A DNA stretch of 64,000 bases from the human T2T-CHM13v2.0 reference genome, Homo sapiens. The notes beneath the pieces were generated by a model. It was not told the origin of the DNA, did not search any database, and was given only the letters and a program-made list of their open reading frames with translations. The translations under genes and the position numbers were made by a program. The stretch lies in NCBI RefSeq assembly GCF_009914755.1, contig NC_060925.1. One strand, 5' to 3'. This document shows, in pieces, positions 26,990 through 40,250 of this stretch (position 1 is the first letter of the stretch; every line of letters starts with the position of its first letter).

Positions 26990-27230
26990 GAACTTGGCGG
27001 CTAACTGTGTGGACTTTGGAGAGAGTCAGCTTATATTCAAATCTCATTTGTGCCACGCAAGAAGGTATGACCTCAGGCAAGTTATATTAGATTTCTGTGC
27101 CTTGGTTCTTCATGTATACATACAGTGAGAATGACAATAGCACCTTTCCTACATTGTCGTTAAGATGATCCAATGAGTATAGAAAATTTGTGCTTGTTAC
27201 ATAGCCGACATTGAGTAAATTCTACTTTTA
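26990..27230 (+). mobile_element. MIR SINE
   Basis: ggactttggagagagtcagc...tatgacctcaggcaagttat...ctgtgccttggtt. Confidence 0.75.
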
Positions 27231-28229
27231 ACCATTTTTATTCATCCAGGGCTTAATATTTTATCACGATACAGTAGGCACTTAATAAGTATAAACAAAT
27301 AATTAAGCATTAGATGGCAAGTTTTTCATGGCACTGTGTAAATTAGCTTGAAACAGAGTGGTGTTGTATAAAGAGCATGGGTTGAGAGCCTGAATGATGA
27401 GTTTGAATTATAGCTCTGCCACCTCCTACTAACATTAACATGGACAAGTCATTTAATCTGTCTCAGCCTCAATAATATGGTATTTCATCCCGGAAGTAGG
27501 TGTTAATAGTATCATCTATTTTCAGGTATTTTGGGCACCATTTAGCAAAATCTGTTAATTGCAATATACTTTGAAAAATGCCCAGTTGATCTAGTTAATA
27601 CATCTGAATTTTGAGAATTAAAACAAGCAGTTATTTTAATTTAAACCATATCTAGAAATGTTAACAATCCCAAGTAGAGGTTATTCCAGGATCTGTTTTG
27701 GTGAGAGGGTGAAACAATTAAGGCTAATTGGGTCTGAGGGTGGGAGCAAGCAGTGGTTAGGTAAGATTCATTAAGCATTAATTTTATGCCAAGGTTTTTC
27801 CTTAGCTGTCATCCTAAGAACCACACTGTTAGCCACAATTAAGTCCATTTATAGATTAGGAAACTTGCAAAAAATCACAGACCTGAAGAATAGCAGTTCC
27901 AGATTTCAAAACCAGATTTGTGCTCTTACTGGGATACTACACCGCTTTATGAAGCAGTAGCAGTGATTCTCACATAGGGCCCGACACATAGTTGGGACTC
28001 AATGAATATTTGTGATGTGATGGATGGATGGACACTAACAAAATTCTCAGCAAGGTTAAATGTTTTAAAAAGTCACAAGAAGTCCAAAGAGCTCTAAGGA
28101 GCTTAGGGAGACAGAAAGTGTTTCATCCTCCATGTCAACTACTCAGTGACTGAAAGGAGAATGATACCAATTTCAACAAGTGCTGACTGAACCCACAGAC
28201 ATCTGTGAGAAAAGGAACACACGTTTCAA

Positions 28230-28500
28230 ATGCCTCCCCTCCAGCTCCGTTTGCCGAGTTGACAAGTTAATTACTCAGCTATCAGGAGATAACTTGGTAG
28301 TAGTAACACGTGTAACTGTGTAATTATCAGGGGTTCCAGTAGTCGCTGTGTAATTATCAAGTAGTTTTCATGAAACAACATGTGTTTGCTTGTAAATATA
28401 CAATTAAGCGGTGTTGCCACCATTAACTATGAAACAAAACCAGCATCTGGCACTTAAGGTACCAGCTGTGGGTCCCTGCAATTAAACTTTTCTTCAAATA
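28230..28500. promoter_or_regulatory. Candidate enhancer (homeodomain/GATA/FOX/E-box motif cluster)
   Basis: Apparently non-repeat sequence with TAATTA x3, ctgtgtaattatca x2, CACGTG, TGTTTGC/TGTAAATA and several CpGs; motif evidence only. Confidence 0.4.
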
Positions 28501-28789
28501 GGACTAACTTTCCAAAAGGCACAACGTCACAAAAACCTACAGAAACACATGTGATACCATTGATAATTCTATTCTTTTGCCTAAAATAACACTTTCTATT
28601 TTTCCTATCATACTTTAAAAATTTTGTCTATTCTTTAAGGTCAAGCTCATATGCCAGCCTTTTCCTTGTATTTTGTAGATTCCTTTAAACAAGATGTAAA
28701 TTCTGGATCCCTAAACTCTCCAAATCTCTTTGCAACTCTTATGACTTTGAACACATTCTACCTTGCTGGGAATCTGGGGCATATCTACC

Positions 28790-29160
28790 CATCAGTCGTG
28801 CCACAAATATATATTGAGCCCCTATTATGTGTCAGGTCCTATGCTAGGCAATGGGAACACAGTCAGCAACAGAATAGATATGGTCTTTGCAACCACAAAC
28901 TTTACAATATAGGAGTAAAAATATGTATATACAAATAATTACAGATTTGATAGACCTTTTAAAAGAAGAAGCAAAAGTCTAGCATTATGAGTGTTAATTC
29001 TCTTATTAGTCTAAGTTACTGAAGGTGATACTCCAAGTCTTATTTCTTCATTCACCCAGTAATTATTTATTTCACATGTACTTTGTGATATTGCTGTGTT
29101 TTGTGCTAAGGATTTCACAATAAACAAGATAGACATCATCCCTGTTTGCAGAAATCCTCA
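28790..29160 (-). mobile_element. L2 3' fragments
   Basis: caaatatatattgagcccctattatgtgtcagg..tgctaggca; ttcattcacccagtaattattt...aaacaagatagaca. Confidence 0.65.
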
Positions 29161-29769
29161 AGGTGTCTACTTCAGAGCCTGACACTCACCAAGTACTCAG
29201 TGCCTATTTGTTCTTGCCAATGACATCAGCTAACACCCTGATATACATTTATCAATATATTTATCTTTATGTTGTCCAGGAGACTCTAGTGATGTATATT
29301 ACCACAATCCCTTTGATGTTCATTCCAGCAGTATTTAGAATGCAGAAGAATGGGAAACAAATTTGGTCCCCAACCACAGACTAGAATCTTGATAATTTCA
29401 TTCCATTAAAACTTCTCTGAGATATGTTTGATTTATAGTTGAATCACACACATGAATATTAATTACATTGTCTCTCAAATTGTTCTATAATCCCTGCATC
29501 TATACCAGGTCTGTCTTCCCAGTCAGTCCCATCTCATCCATATGATGGTACCTCCCTGGAGCAAGTTGACCACTTAATACCTGTCTAGATCTGCCAAACC
29601 TCCATTTGGAAATTGATCTCTGGCTGCTGGTTCCTCTTATTGCTACTGAACTATTATCCAGGTGGCAGATAATCTCTTGTCAGAATTAAAGTAGACAGTC
29701 ATTGGGTGTTGGGCCTCCACCTAAGCATGAATATGTGAAACTTTCTTATCTCTAAGCCCTGAGGATCTA

Positions 29770-30290
29770 GCATTCCAATGTTCTTAATTTTGCATGGATG
29801 AAACCACCATCCATCTAGTCAGACAAGCCAGAAGTCTTGATACCTCTGCACACCCCTCCCCCAGAGAATCCATCAACAATTCTCAGTGATATTATCTCCT
29901 TAAATTTATCCATTCTGTCTAATTCTCTTTACCACTACCTGACTCTGCTCTATCACCGTTTCATTTCTAGATTACTTTTTAAGTGGGTTAGCCTACCTCC
30001 ATCCAAGCATCTATTTGTTCTCTATACTGTGTCTGGAAAAAGCTTTAAAATGCAAATCCAAGTGTGTTGATCCCTTGCTCAGAACTGTTCAGTGGCCTTC
30101 CATTGCTTTGGATAAAAGTCATGGTCTTAACGTGCGACCTGTCTTCAACTCCTTCTCCAGCCCACCCCATACCAATCTACCTTGTAGACTTGGTTGGCTC
30201 TAACCATTCTACATTTCTTTCAGCACCTCCTATTCTCAAGGCTCTGGTCAGCTATAGGAGTTTTGCATTTATTGGAACACTTACCCCAAT
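29770..30290 (+). mobile_element. L2 fragment
   Basis: accaccatccatctagtc...ctcagaactgttcagtggccttccattgctt. Confidence 0.65.
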
Positions 30291-30389
30291 CTACTCTAAA
30301 GCACAATGCTAGGGCCCTCCTTGATAACCTGGGAAGCTTTTCATCAACTCTTTGCAGTTTATCCTTCTGTGGGCTTTCACTCCTCCCAC

Positions 30390-30755
30390 CACTGTCAGTT
30401 CCTTTGTGGAGGCCTGTCCTCTGGTTACTGCAGGGACTTTGCTGACAGGAGGTATCTAAGATTTTTAAGGCAGCCTCCCATGGAGGCCTCTAACCAAAGA
30501 CTCTAAGTCAAAGAATTTGAAAGACCAGCAACCCTGCGGCAAGTCAGGACAACTCTGAGCAAGGCATACGATCCAGAATTTCCCTGAAGGATCTGGCTGA
30601 AGCTACTCTCTGCACCACTTTGCCTGAGATCACACTGTTGTTTGCCTCCTTTCCTTCTCTGTTCTCCTCCAGCCCATACCCATCTCTCCATCATAAATCA
30701 CTAGCGCAGGAATTGGTGTTTCAGGGCCCACCTTTAGGGAACCCTATCTTAGATA
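30390..30755 (+). mobile_element. Old MaLR/ERVL LTR fragment (MLT1-like)
   Basis: Ends ataaatcactagc...agggaaccctatcttagata, resembling old MLT1/LTR16 3' ends. Confidence 0.45.
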
Positions 30756-32334
30756 CCTACACAGGTTGTCATAATTGTTTAGATCTCAGGTTAAAAATCA
30801 CTTCTTAGGAATTCCTGACTAGTTAAAATCTTTTCTCCACCCCAAATAATGAGAATTTCTCCTTTGTAGCACATTTCAATAAAAATTGTACATGTGTTCG
30901 TGAGAACCTTTGACCATAAACCACGTAAGGCAAAGGCCATGTATTTTTTACTTATCATTGTGCTGCCAGTGCTTTGCATAATAGCATGAGAACCATCAAT
31001 AAAGATTTATTAAATGAATGAACAAAAGTTAATACACTGTAAGTATGATAAACTTGAGTAAGAAGTCAGATGAAAAATTGCATTATTCAAACCATTTTTA
31101 TGGAGTGTCTTGTACACAGCAGGCACTGAAGTGGTAAATGTAAATACGTTTTCTTATTGTCTTATATATAGTAGGCATTCTATAAATGTTTGTGGAATAA
31201 ATGAATACATGATGTATGAATTATTTATAAAGTGGAAAGTTACAATCTAGTTGGAGGAAATTAAAACACAGTTTTGGGAAAATTAAAAAAGCAACAACAA
31301 CTCAAGATTTGATGACTTATACCTCAGAGGTTGTCTAGTTGATCTCAAAGTTACCTCAACAAAGATAAGAGTTTATTCCTTTTGAACTTCAAACAGCTGG
31401 ACCAGTGTTATTTGAATATATTTAGCTAAAACTAAGGTAGCTGTAAGGAGCTAAGGTTCATTATAGCCTGTTTTCTTTGCCTTCACCCTTCTGAGATTTT
31501 CCTTGGCAACAATCACCTTTTAAAACTGCTTAGAATGAAAACAGTGGAGTTGCATAATTTTGCAGTCAGTTTATTTTTAAACGAGATAGGGAGGTCCTCA
31601 GTTTGACAAACCTTAGGTTGTGAGATCACATACCCACGTTTTAGGGTATTCTGATTGCTGAAACTTCATAAACTAAAATCAACATCTTAAGCTAGAAGGT
31701 GAAGTTGTTTTCCAGTACAGCCTACTTTTGAATTTAAAGGTTGTTACCCCAAACCCTGCCCCTTCCCCCAGAGTTTCAAGAATCAGCTCTTGTCCTGTAT
31801 CAATAACAATATTAAAGAGTGAATTCCCCTCTTAAAGGTTCCATTTCCAAGGAATGTTGGTTGGTTTTTAGATGAAAGGATTAACACTTTTACTGTACTG
31901 ATATCAACCAGACTTAACTGAAGGTGTTGAGGATAAATTTGAAGACAACTCTTGTTAAAACTCTTATTTTGGAATATCATATATTATACTAAGAAAACAG
32001 ACCATTTGTGCAGCTGAATAATTAGCAATTGCTTTGATTTATGCTTAATTTTGAATTTATTGATATGACATATTAGGTTTGACATTGTATACTTCATTCA
32101 TAATATCAACAAAAAATTATTGAGCATGTACCAAGTGCAGTGCATCATTGTGTTATCTTAGACATAAAAACAGAAAAACCTCAAAGAATTTCATAAACCA
32201 CATACGTGGATCATTTCCACTGTGCTTCAGTTTTTAGCCACCTCGTCACTGACTCAGCTGGCCCCAACCAAAAGAAGCATGGCAGCATTTTTTATTTCTC
32301 TGGGAGTTGTGTACAGATTTCTGTGAAGTACCAT

Positions 32335-32580
32335 AACATAATGACTGAGAGAATAAACTCTGGAGTTAGAATACCTGGGTTCAAATCACCTCTCCACTAT
32401 TCATTACCTGAGTTCCAAGGCAAATTGCTTAACCTCCATTTATTTGTGTGTCCTTGGGAAAGTCATACCTTTGTCCTTCTTCTGAAAGCTGATGATAACA
32501 ATAGTAACCACCTCAAAGTCTTTTTTGTAAGGATTAAGTTAACATATGTAAACTACTTAACTATGTAAAATATCATTAAG
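32335..32580 (+). mobile_element. MIR SINE
   Basis: ctctggagttagaatacctgggttcaaatc...ggcaaattgcttaacctc. Confidence 0.8.
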
Positions 32581-32585
32581 TTTAA

Positions 32586-32906
<321 letters not shown>

Positions 32907-33639
32907 TAGCTCACATTTTCACTGACATTTGTGTAACTATGGAGAAATTTTTTAATGTCTTTGAGTTTTACTTTCCTTATCTGGAAAATGGGCAATTGCA
33001 AAGTCTCCCCACAGTGTTTTATGAAGACTGAATGAGATAATCTCAGAGAAAATTGCCTTGCTAACCACAAAGCACATGATTTTGCACATATTAAACATTA
33101 AAAATACGTATTATATGAATGATTAAAGCAGTTGAGTGAAGGAACAATTAATTTATGTGTGACCTCCATGTCATATTCACTGATTTATTCCACAAAAGTT
33201 ATCTCCTAGGTGCTAGGTACTATATTTAATCCTAGGGGATGCTGGGATGAACAAAACAGTCTCTCGTTGAGATTTGCAATCTGATGTAAAAGACAGACAT
33301 TAGTCAAATAAGCAGTCAATCTATTATATTGTGACTTGTGCTACAAACCCTATAAAAGTGAGAAGTGTCACTATCAGATTCATTAGGTACCTTTCTCTTA
33401 CTTCACTGATAAAGAAAGTTAGGGCCAGAGAGTTGGAACTGGGCCAAAGACAAAGCATTAAGTTTTTACATTGACCTCCATGTTAGATGAAATTCACTGA
33501 AGACAACTCATTGTCTCTTACAGGATAGAGTTAAATTCTCTTTTTCAGGTTAAGTGGAGAGTTTAGTAATAAATAAAAGGATGGGAAAAAATAGCCTCAA
33601 GTAGAAATAACCATGGTTCTCAATTGCTGATCACCTTCC

Positions 33640-33815
33640 ACATACCAAGCACTTTATTTCCATCATTTTATTCATTCCTCAAAACAATCCATAAATAAGT
33701 GTTATTGCAAACTAAAGCTCTAGAGGGACTTTGAGCAACTTGCTTTGAGATCACATGGCCAGAAAGTAAAGCAAGTGCTGTCTGCTTGATAATAAAATTC
33801 CTACTTTTTCTAACA
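33640..33815 (-). mobile_element. MIR fragment
   Basis: ttttattcattcctcaaaacaatcc...gatcacatggccagaaagt. Confidence 0.6.
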
Positions 33816-34419
33816 CAACAAGATATTCCTAACTGGGCACAATTTGAGTTCAAATCTTAGCCTTAGAACATTCCATCTTGTAGATCTTTAGGTTTCAGGA
33901 TCAGCTTCTGAATTTCTGGCTGATGACCATGTATATTTAAATATATATCTGATTGCTTTCTCCCTTTGCACATTACTTACTTTCATTCCCTCATGTGAAA
34001 CACATGCTTGACAGTGTGGGATAAAGGGGGGAAAAAAAAACAGAAGGGGAAGAAAGATTAGGATATCAGAGTGCATCACAGAGAATTGGTATGTGAATTC
34101 AAGAACTTTTCTGTGTTCTAAAGTCCCTTCATTTTTCCAGCCAGCTCCAAATTAGTAGACAATGGGGGCTATATTTGAAGGAAATTCCCAATACAGTCAT
34201 TGTTATATAAAAATACCCTCTTGGGGAGGCCATTCTCTTTTAATTTTCAGAGTCTCTATTTCCAGAGGGGTACCCAGTAGTATGAGAGAATATGTTCAGG
34301 GAGAAGATTGTGATGGTCACTCACCCTTAGAAGTCTCTAAAGAAGAGCATAAGATAATCTTTATTCTGAAGAGAACCACGGTTCAATTATGTAGACGGGG
34401 CAGAGATAGAAAAAATATA

Positions 34420-34645
34420 TAGTATTGAATCACGGGTCAAGCACTATACTAAGATTTTTACATGCATATTCATTCACCTTATTTTCTCAATAACCTATTA
34501 TTTCCCCATTTTACAAAAGAAGAAGCTGAAGCCCAGATAAAGTAAATGAATATCCAGACGAGCTGACATTTGGATCATAAGAGGTAGAGCTGGGAATCAT
34601 ACCTAGGTCTGAGTGACTCCAAATTCAGCCTCTTTCCATTGGACT
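34420..34645 (-). mobile_element. MIR SINE
   Basis: ccccattttacaaaagaagaagctgaagcccag...agagctgggaatcatacctaggtctg. Confidence 0.8.
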
Positions 34646-35128
34646 ACATTCAATAAATACTTGGTTAATTTGGAGGGCAGGAAGGAGAAGAACCACGTTT
34701 GACTCACTGTCAAGTTGTATTTATTTGTCCTTAGGTCTGTGGTTTTCATTTTGCCCTACATATCATATTAATCAGCTGTTCCACTAACAAACACAGATTT
34801 AAAACGCTCCTGGAATGTTTGACTTATTCAGTGACTTCATCATTAAAAGGACACTGGGGAGGGAGGCAAGAAAGGAGTTTTCCAATATCCATTACCATGT
34901 GCACACTGCCCTCTCCCGCATCCCTCTCTTGACATATCACTCTCCATTCAGCTTTATGCTATCACAGTAGCAAAAACGCAGCTTTCTGCAAGATACATGA
35001 AAAATCCATCACTCTTTACCGTGGTAAAGGACTTTAAAGTACAAGGCCGAAATGAAGAGACATCACTGTTGTAACTTTAAGCTCAGAGAAAAAATACATA
35101 TATGGTGATAATACCTACACACATTTTC

Positions 35129-35256
35129 TTTTCTTTTTTTTTATTTATTATACTTTAAGTTCTAGGGTACATGTGCACAACATGCAGGTTTGTTACATAT
35201 GTATACATGTGCCATGTTGGTGTGCTGCACCCATTAACTCATCATTTACATTAGGT
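35129..35256 (-). mobile_element. Severely 5'-truncated L1PA (about L1PA5-6), 3' end only
   Basis: ttattatactttaagttctagggtacatgtgcacaac...; 13-bp TSD tacacacattttc at 35116 and 35262. Confidence 0.92.
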
Positions 35257-35718
35257 GCACTTACACACATTTTCACACATTAACATTTAAAGTGACCATG
35301 CCAGCTGTTAAATAGGAGAATATAGTAGAATTTAGTCTCTCTACTAACTGGACTAGTTTAAGAATAGAACAGAGAGAGAGAGAGAAAACAAAGCTAGAAG
35401 CAATGCTCACTGTAACTGAAATAATGAGAGACATTCAGATTCTGAGGAGACTATACATAAATGAGAAAGAAATAAGGTTGAAATGAAATAATTAAAAGCT
35501 TTTATAATCCTGTGTGTGATTATAATTGTGTGTTATAATAATGAGGCATACATTGTAAGTCATTTGCAGTAAGAATATAATTACTATCATTTGTATTTGC
35601 CAATTCCAGCATTCCTGGAGTCAGCTGGGGAAAGAAACAGTCCTAAAGAGAGGAGCCAAGGCAAGGGAGAGGAGGAAGTGGTTTCTCTCTTCTTGTTGCT
35701 TTTCTTGCTGGCAGGTGG

Positions 35719-36090
35719 TGTCGAGTTAAATTTGGCCTGAGGCTGCATCCACACCTTGATTCCCTACATAGTGAACTGCATTATTAGTACTAACTAAAAC
35801 CTAATTTAGGAGTATAACAAAAAGCCCAGTTTCAGCCAATTGCAAGCAGCTGGGTAAGCAATCACAGGCATCCAGATCATTATGCCATGCCCAAACAATG
35901 CAGATGCCTACCTGCTGCAAATCTGTTGATTTATCTACTTTGCTTTTGCATCTGGTCTATAAACACTTGCTATTCATGCTGCTGGTCAGAGCTTTCTGAA
36001 CCTCCATTAGTTCAGAGTGCTGCCCAATTCATGATTCACTTTTTGCTCAAATAAATTCTATTTAATTCGTTTAAGCTTTTCCTTTTAACA
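35719..36090 (+). mobile_element. ERV1-class solo LTR (MER57/MER93-like)
   Basis: TGtcgagttaaatttggcct...tacatagtgaactg...tgctgcccaattcatga..ttttgctcaaataaa...cttttaaCA. Confidence 0.75.
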
Positions 36091-36295
36091 TCGACATCAA
36101 TCCCTTTTCCACTGAACCTGTCTCCTAACAGGTCTTGTCTGCTCTACCTGAAGCTGAATCTAGGGCCTCAATGCATGCCCTAATTGCTTAGGAAATATCA
36201 CAGAGAGTCTCCATATGACACTGAGACTAAAAGTCTCTTCAGTGCCATGGAGAAGGAGATTGTTGTTTCAGTGAGTGGATGGTATAAGGTAGATT

Positions 36296-36489
36296 GGTGG
36301 TTCTCAAAGGTTAACATGCATCAGAATCATGTTGAGGGTTTGTTAAAACACAGACTGATGGTCCTAACTCCAGAATTTCTGATTCAGCAAGTGTGGCATG
36401 GGGTTCAAGATTTTATGTTCCTAATAATTTTTCACATGTTACTGATACTGGTGACCCGGGGCGGGGGGGTCCCACTTTGAAAACAACTG
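36296..36489. mobile_element. MER5A (hAT-Charlie)
   Basis: gtggttctcaaa..gcatcagaatca..ttgttaaaacacaga..gaatttctgattcag..cactttgaaaacaactg. Confidence 0.85.
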
Positions 36490-36494
36490 TCTAA

Positions 36495-36700
36495 ACTCAG
36501 ACAGATTGGGTTCCTATCCAAGTTCTTTCACTTGAATGACTACAGGAAAATTACTTTACTCCTCTAAACGTCAGTCTCCTGTGCTATAAAATGGGCCCAA
36601 TTCAGAGCATTATTGCATGGATTCAATAAAACAATGCACACAAATTTCTCATCCCTACTCTTGGTGTTTGGTAAGCATTTTGTAAAACTTAGTTAATTTT
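36495..36700 (+). mobile_element. MIR fragment
   Basis: tgggttcctatcc...cagtctcctgtgctataaaatggg. Confidence 0.65.
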
Positions 36701-36834
36701 TAACAGTATTTTGTTACTTTCTATGGCAAGATAATACATATAAACTATGTTAAGCAGCTAGCAGCTGGAGAGGAAGGACAAAGAGTAGGAAGCACCAGTG
36801 TTCAGAAACAGATACCAATTTATATTTTGGTCAC

Positions 36835-37032
36835 AGTGAGTAATCAGATTTCCTTGTACTTTGGTGCTGTGCTGGCTGTATAAAAATTATCTGAGAGACA
36901 TGCAAAAATATATTCTATGTGCTACACTCAGAAATTTGGATTTATTAGGTCTGAGACATGCTCTGGTATTGGTGTTTCTAAAAAAGCTCCCAAGACTATT
37001 CTGTTGTACTTTCATGTGTGAAAAACACTGGC
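36835..37032. mobile_element. MER5B-like DNA transposon
   Basis: aattatctgagagacatgcaaaaata...aaaaagctcccaag...tgaaaaacactg. Confidence 0.6.
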
Positions 37033-37072
37033 ATTAGCCATCAGATTGCTTTCCTGACATCAACTTCTAAGG

Positions 37073-37252
37073 CAGTGTTCTCAATTTGAGTTGAACATTA
37101 GAATCATCTGGGAGCTTTCAAAAATCCCAATGGCTACACCCAGACCAATTACATCAGAAGCTCTATGGGTTGAATCCTGGCATTGGGTTTGTTTTGTTTT
37201 TCGAAAGATCCCCAGTTAGTTACTATATGTAGCCAAATTTGCGAATCATTGT
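37073..37252. mobile_element. MER5A/B-like DNA transposon
   Basis: cagtgttctcaa...cattagaatcatctgggagcttt...ccagaccaattacatcagaa...ttgcgaatcattg; flanked by ttctaagg/ttctaaga. Confidence 0.75.
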
Positions 37253-39894
37253 TCTAAGAGAAGGAGAGTTTTACTGGTTGAAGATGAATTGTCAAGAAGT
37301 AATTTTGAAATACAGTATTGTATTAGGCAAATATTATCTTGGTGATAAAAAAGGATTGGTCATCAGAGAGAATTATAAGGACACTAACAGTTTTTATAAG
37401 TGCATTAGGCATTAGAAGGTGGGAGAAGGACATAGTAGTCCCTAAATTATGTCTGTCTCTTTGAATTCTTTTGGGGGCAGCCTTTACCTCCTCTATATCT
37501 CAATGAGATGCTGTTTTATATTTGTTAATTACACTTCTCTCATTACAAAATGTGAGCAAACTTTCTGTTCTTGTTGTTTTGCCTGAGGTGGGCTAAATAC
37601 TGTGCTAAGTGTAATCCAATTAGAACCTTAGATTATCCGTGTGAAATAAATATTATCTTCCCCACTTGCAAATGAAACATCAGCTCTGACAAGATGATAG
37701 CTTGCCTATAGTTACAGATGTGGTAAGTTGCATCATTATAAACAGGCCCCACAGGCTTAACTCAGCAGTAACAACTTCTCTAGCACAGCCTCAGTTTTTG
37801 TTCCTGAGATTTCTCTTAAATATTTGTAAAATGTTTTCCAGTGGGATGGGATTAAAACTGAATGTTCATAGAATAGATAAAAGGACTTATTATTGACCAT
37901 AGACAGGAGATTGGGTCTATTCTCTTTTCCTAGGAAAAGATTAAGAAGCATCAGCATAAATGCCCTTTGGTGGCTCTGCTCACTGTGTGTCTGAGATATA
38001 GTTCTGAAAAGAATATAGCTTTTATTAAATTGATTTGCTTACTTCCTTAGATATTTGATTGCCCTCAAAGTTTTTCATCATCTCCTCACCATTTACAATA
38101 TTGAACATAAAAGTAAAAAATTTTATTGAACAATAAAAACGCTCTAATAAAATAAAGGTGGTAAATCTTTCCAAGTGGCAGCACAGAAGGCATTCTATGC
38201 AAGCCAAGAGAATGGGCCTGAGTCGGGAATACATGGGATAATATTGAATCTTATCTGTAACACATGCAGCAAATAGAAACCCCTTGAATATTTAGACCTA
38301 CAGAAGAGACAGAAAATGCCATCTGTGAGAGACAAATCAAGGCCCTGGCATGGACAAAACAAGCCCCAACATTTCCACTTATGTGTGTTCTGCATTGACA
38401 CTGGACAGTCAAAGCTATCCCAAGCCACTTTGGTGGAAGGATTTATGATGTATTGTTTGGCAAGCTGATTTAAACGAGCCTCTGCAAATACACTTAGTGT
38501 AAACTTACCCATCATGGACAATGGAACTGTTTTAAGATGGTTTTCAGATTCATCACAGCCTCTATGGTATTTTCCTTTAATAATGCATCTTGAAAAATAA
38601 GATGTTTAGCTAAGGCTGCTAATTCTTTGAAACTCTAATAATTTAAGCTGTCTAGCCTTGTTCATGGTAATTATTTCTATCCATTATCCATCATGCTAAG
38701 AAATGACAGCTCAGGGACAAGGAGACTTTTCAAGCAAATGCTAAAGCATTTGTTTTAGTTAGCCAGCACTAGCCAATGTTAATTAAATTATATAAACAAT
38801 GACTCATGGTATAAATACAGAAGCTTGAAAGAAAAAGAAGACAGTTCAATCAGTTCAATAGCTTTAAAACTATATATTGTTTCTAAAATAAAAGGGGAAT
38901 TTTATTATTTTTGACTTCATATTTATCTTTCTTTAAAATTCAGTTGTTAAAATACATTGTCTCTGAAAGTCTTATACCTAAGATTATCAGGAGACGAGAA
39001 CATGCATTTCTTTATTTTGGATTGAAGACACATTTTTAAAAAATGTAAGCTCCTTTAGGAGTCACAGGATCATGAGTCTAGCTGCTAGCCATTCTCAAAG
39101 TGGGAAACCAATGTCAGTGGATGGAGTTTACACTAATATTAGTGTAACTGCCAATATTTCTCTAACACACAGTGTAGAGTGTAACCACTAATATTTCTCT
39201 AACACATACCACTCTTTTATAATAAGTGTCTGAAAAGCTTTAGAAGGTTACTAGTTTTGAAATTTTTATTCTCTAAGATGGATAACATCTCAGAACCAGT
39301 GGCAAGTATAAAAATGTGTAACCATCATCCTCTACCCATTGCTCACCTACTCTGCACTGAGAAAAAAAAATATCTGATAGGATGCCCATGTTCTTCAATT
39401 TATAACAAAATCAACAGATTAGCCTCCTAGAAATTCAGAATTTTGAAGTGCTGAATTAACACATAAAAAGGAAAGAAACCCTGGGTCACCCTTGCCTTCT
39501 AGTGATTTCCACTTTTTTTTTTTTCACCATGCACAGTAGAGTCATAGGAAGAATTAATGCTCCACAAACAAATCAGTGGCCTTCATAATATGAACATACC
39601 CTGATAATTTAGGGGACTTAGGTAAAGTAATTTGCGAGCTCCTTAATGTCAGAGGCTATGTGTTATTCACCTTCGTGTGGCTCACAGAGCCGGAAAGGAT
39701 GCTTCACAGGTCCTCGATGGGAGTAATATGTGTAATGGCTATTGCAGCCTGAGCCTAAGCAGATCACCGTAGGATTCAAGCATGTCTAGATGTGATGAGG
39801 AAATGTCCACAGAATAGATCATTTAAGGACATGATAGACATGATAAATTTGTTATTTGGTAAGAACATATTATAAAAGAAGATAAAATGGCATT

Positions 39895-40250
39895 GAATAA
39901 TGTGATTATGGAAACCGAGAAGTCCTACAACCTGCCATCTGCAAGCTAGAGACCCAGGAAAGATGGTGAATCAGAAGAAGCCAGGGCATGGGAAGATTAA
40001 TGTCTCAGCTCTATTAGCCAGGCAGAGAGCAAATTCGAACTTTCTTTGCCTTTGTGTGTTATTCAGACCCTCAATGGACTGGATGATGCCCACCCACAGT
40101 AGGGAGGGTTATCTGCTTTACTCAGTCCACCAATTCAAATGCTCATCTTTTCTGGAAACACCTCCACAGACACACTCCAAAGTAATGTTTAATCAGGTAT
40201 CTGGGCATCTCATGACCCAGTTAAATTGACACATAAAGTCAACCATTACA
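39895..40250 (-). mobile_element. MLT2 LTR (3' LTR of an ERVL provirus)
   Basis: gagaagtcctacaacctgccatctgcaagct...tggatgatgcccacccac..actcagtccacc...aaccattaCA; on the minus strand it is preceded by purine tract aaggagaggact. Confidence 0.85.

Noticed and set aside
33530-33556. Possible recursive splice site (ctctttttcAG|GTtaag)
   Set aside because: The donor half deviates from GTAAG/GTGAG, and host transcript and strand are unknown.
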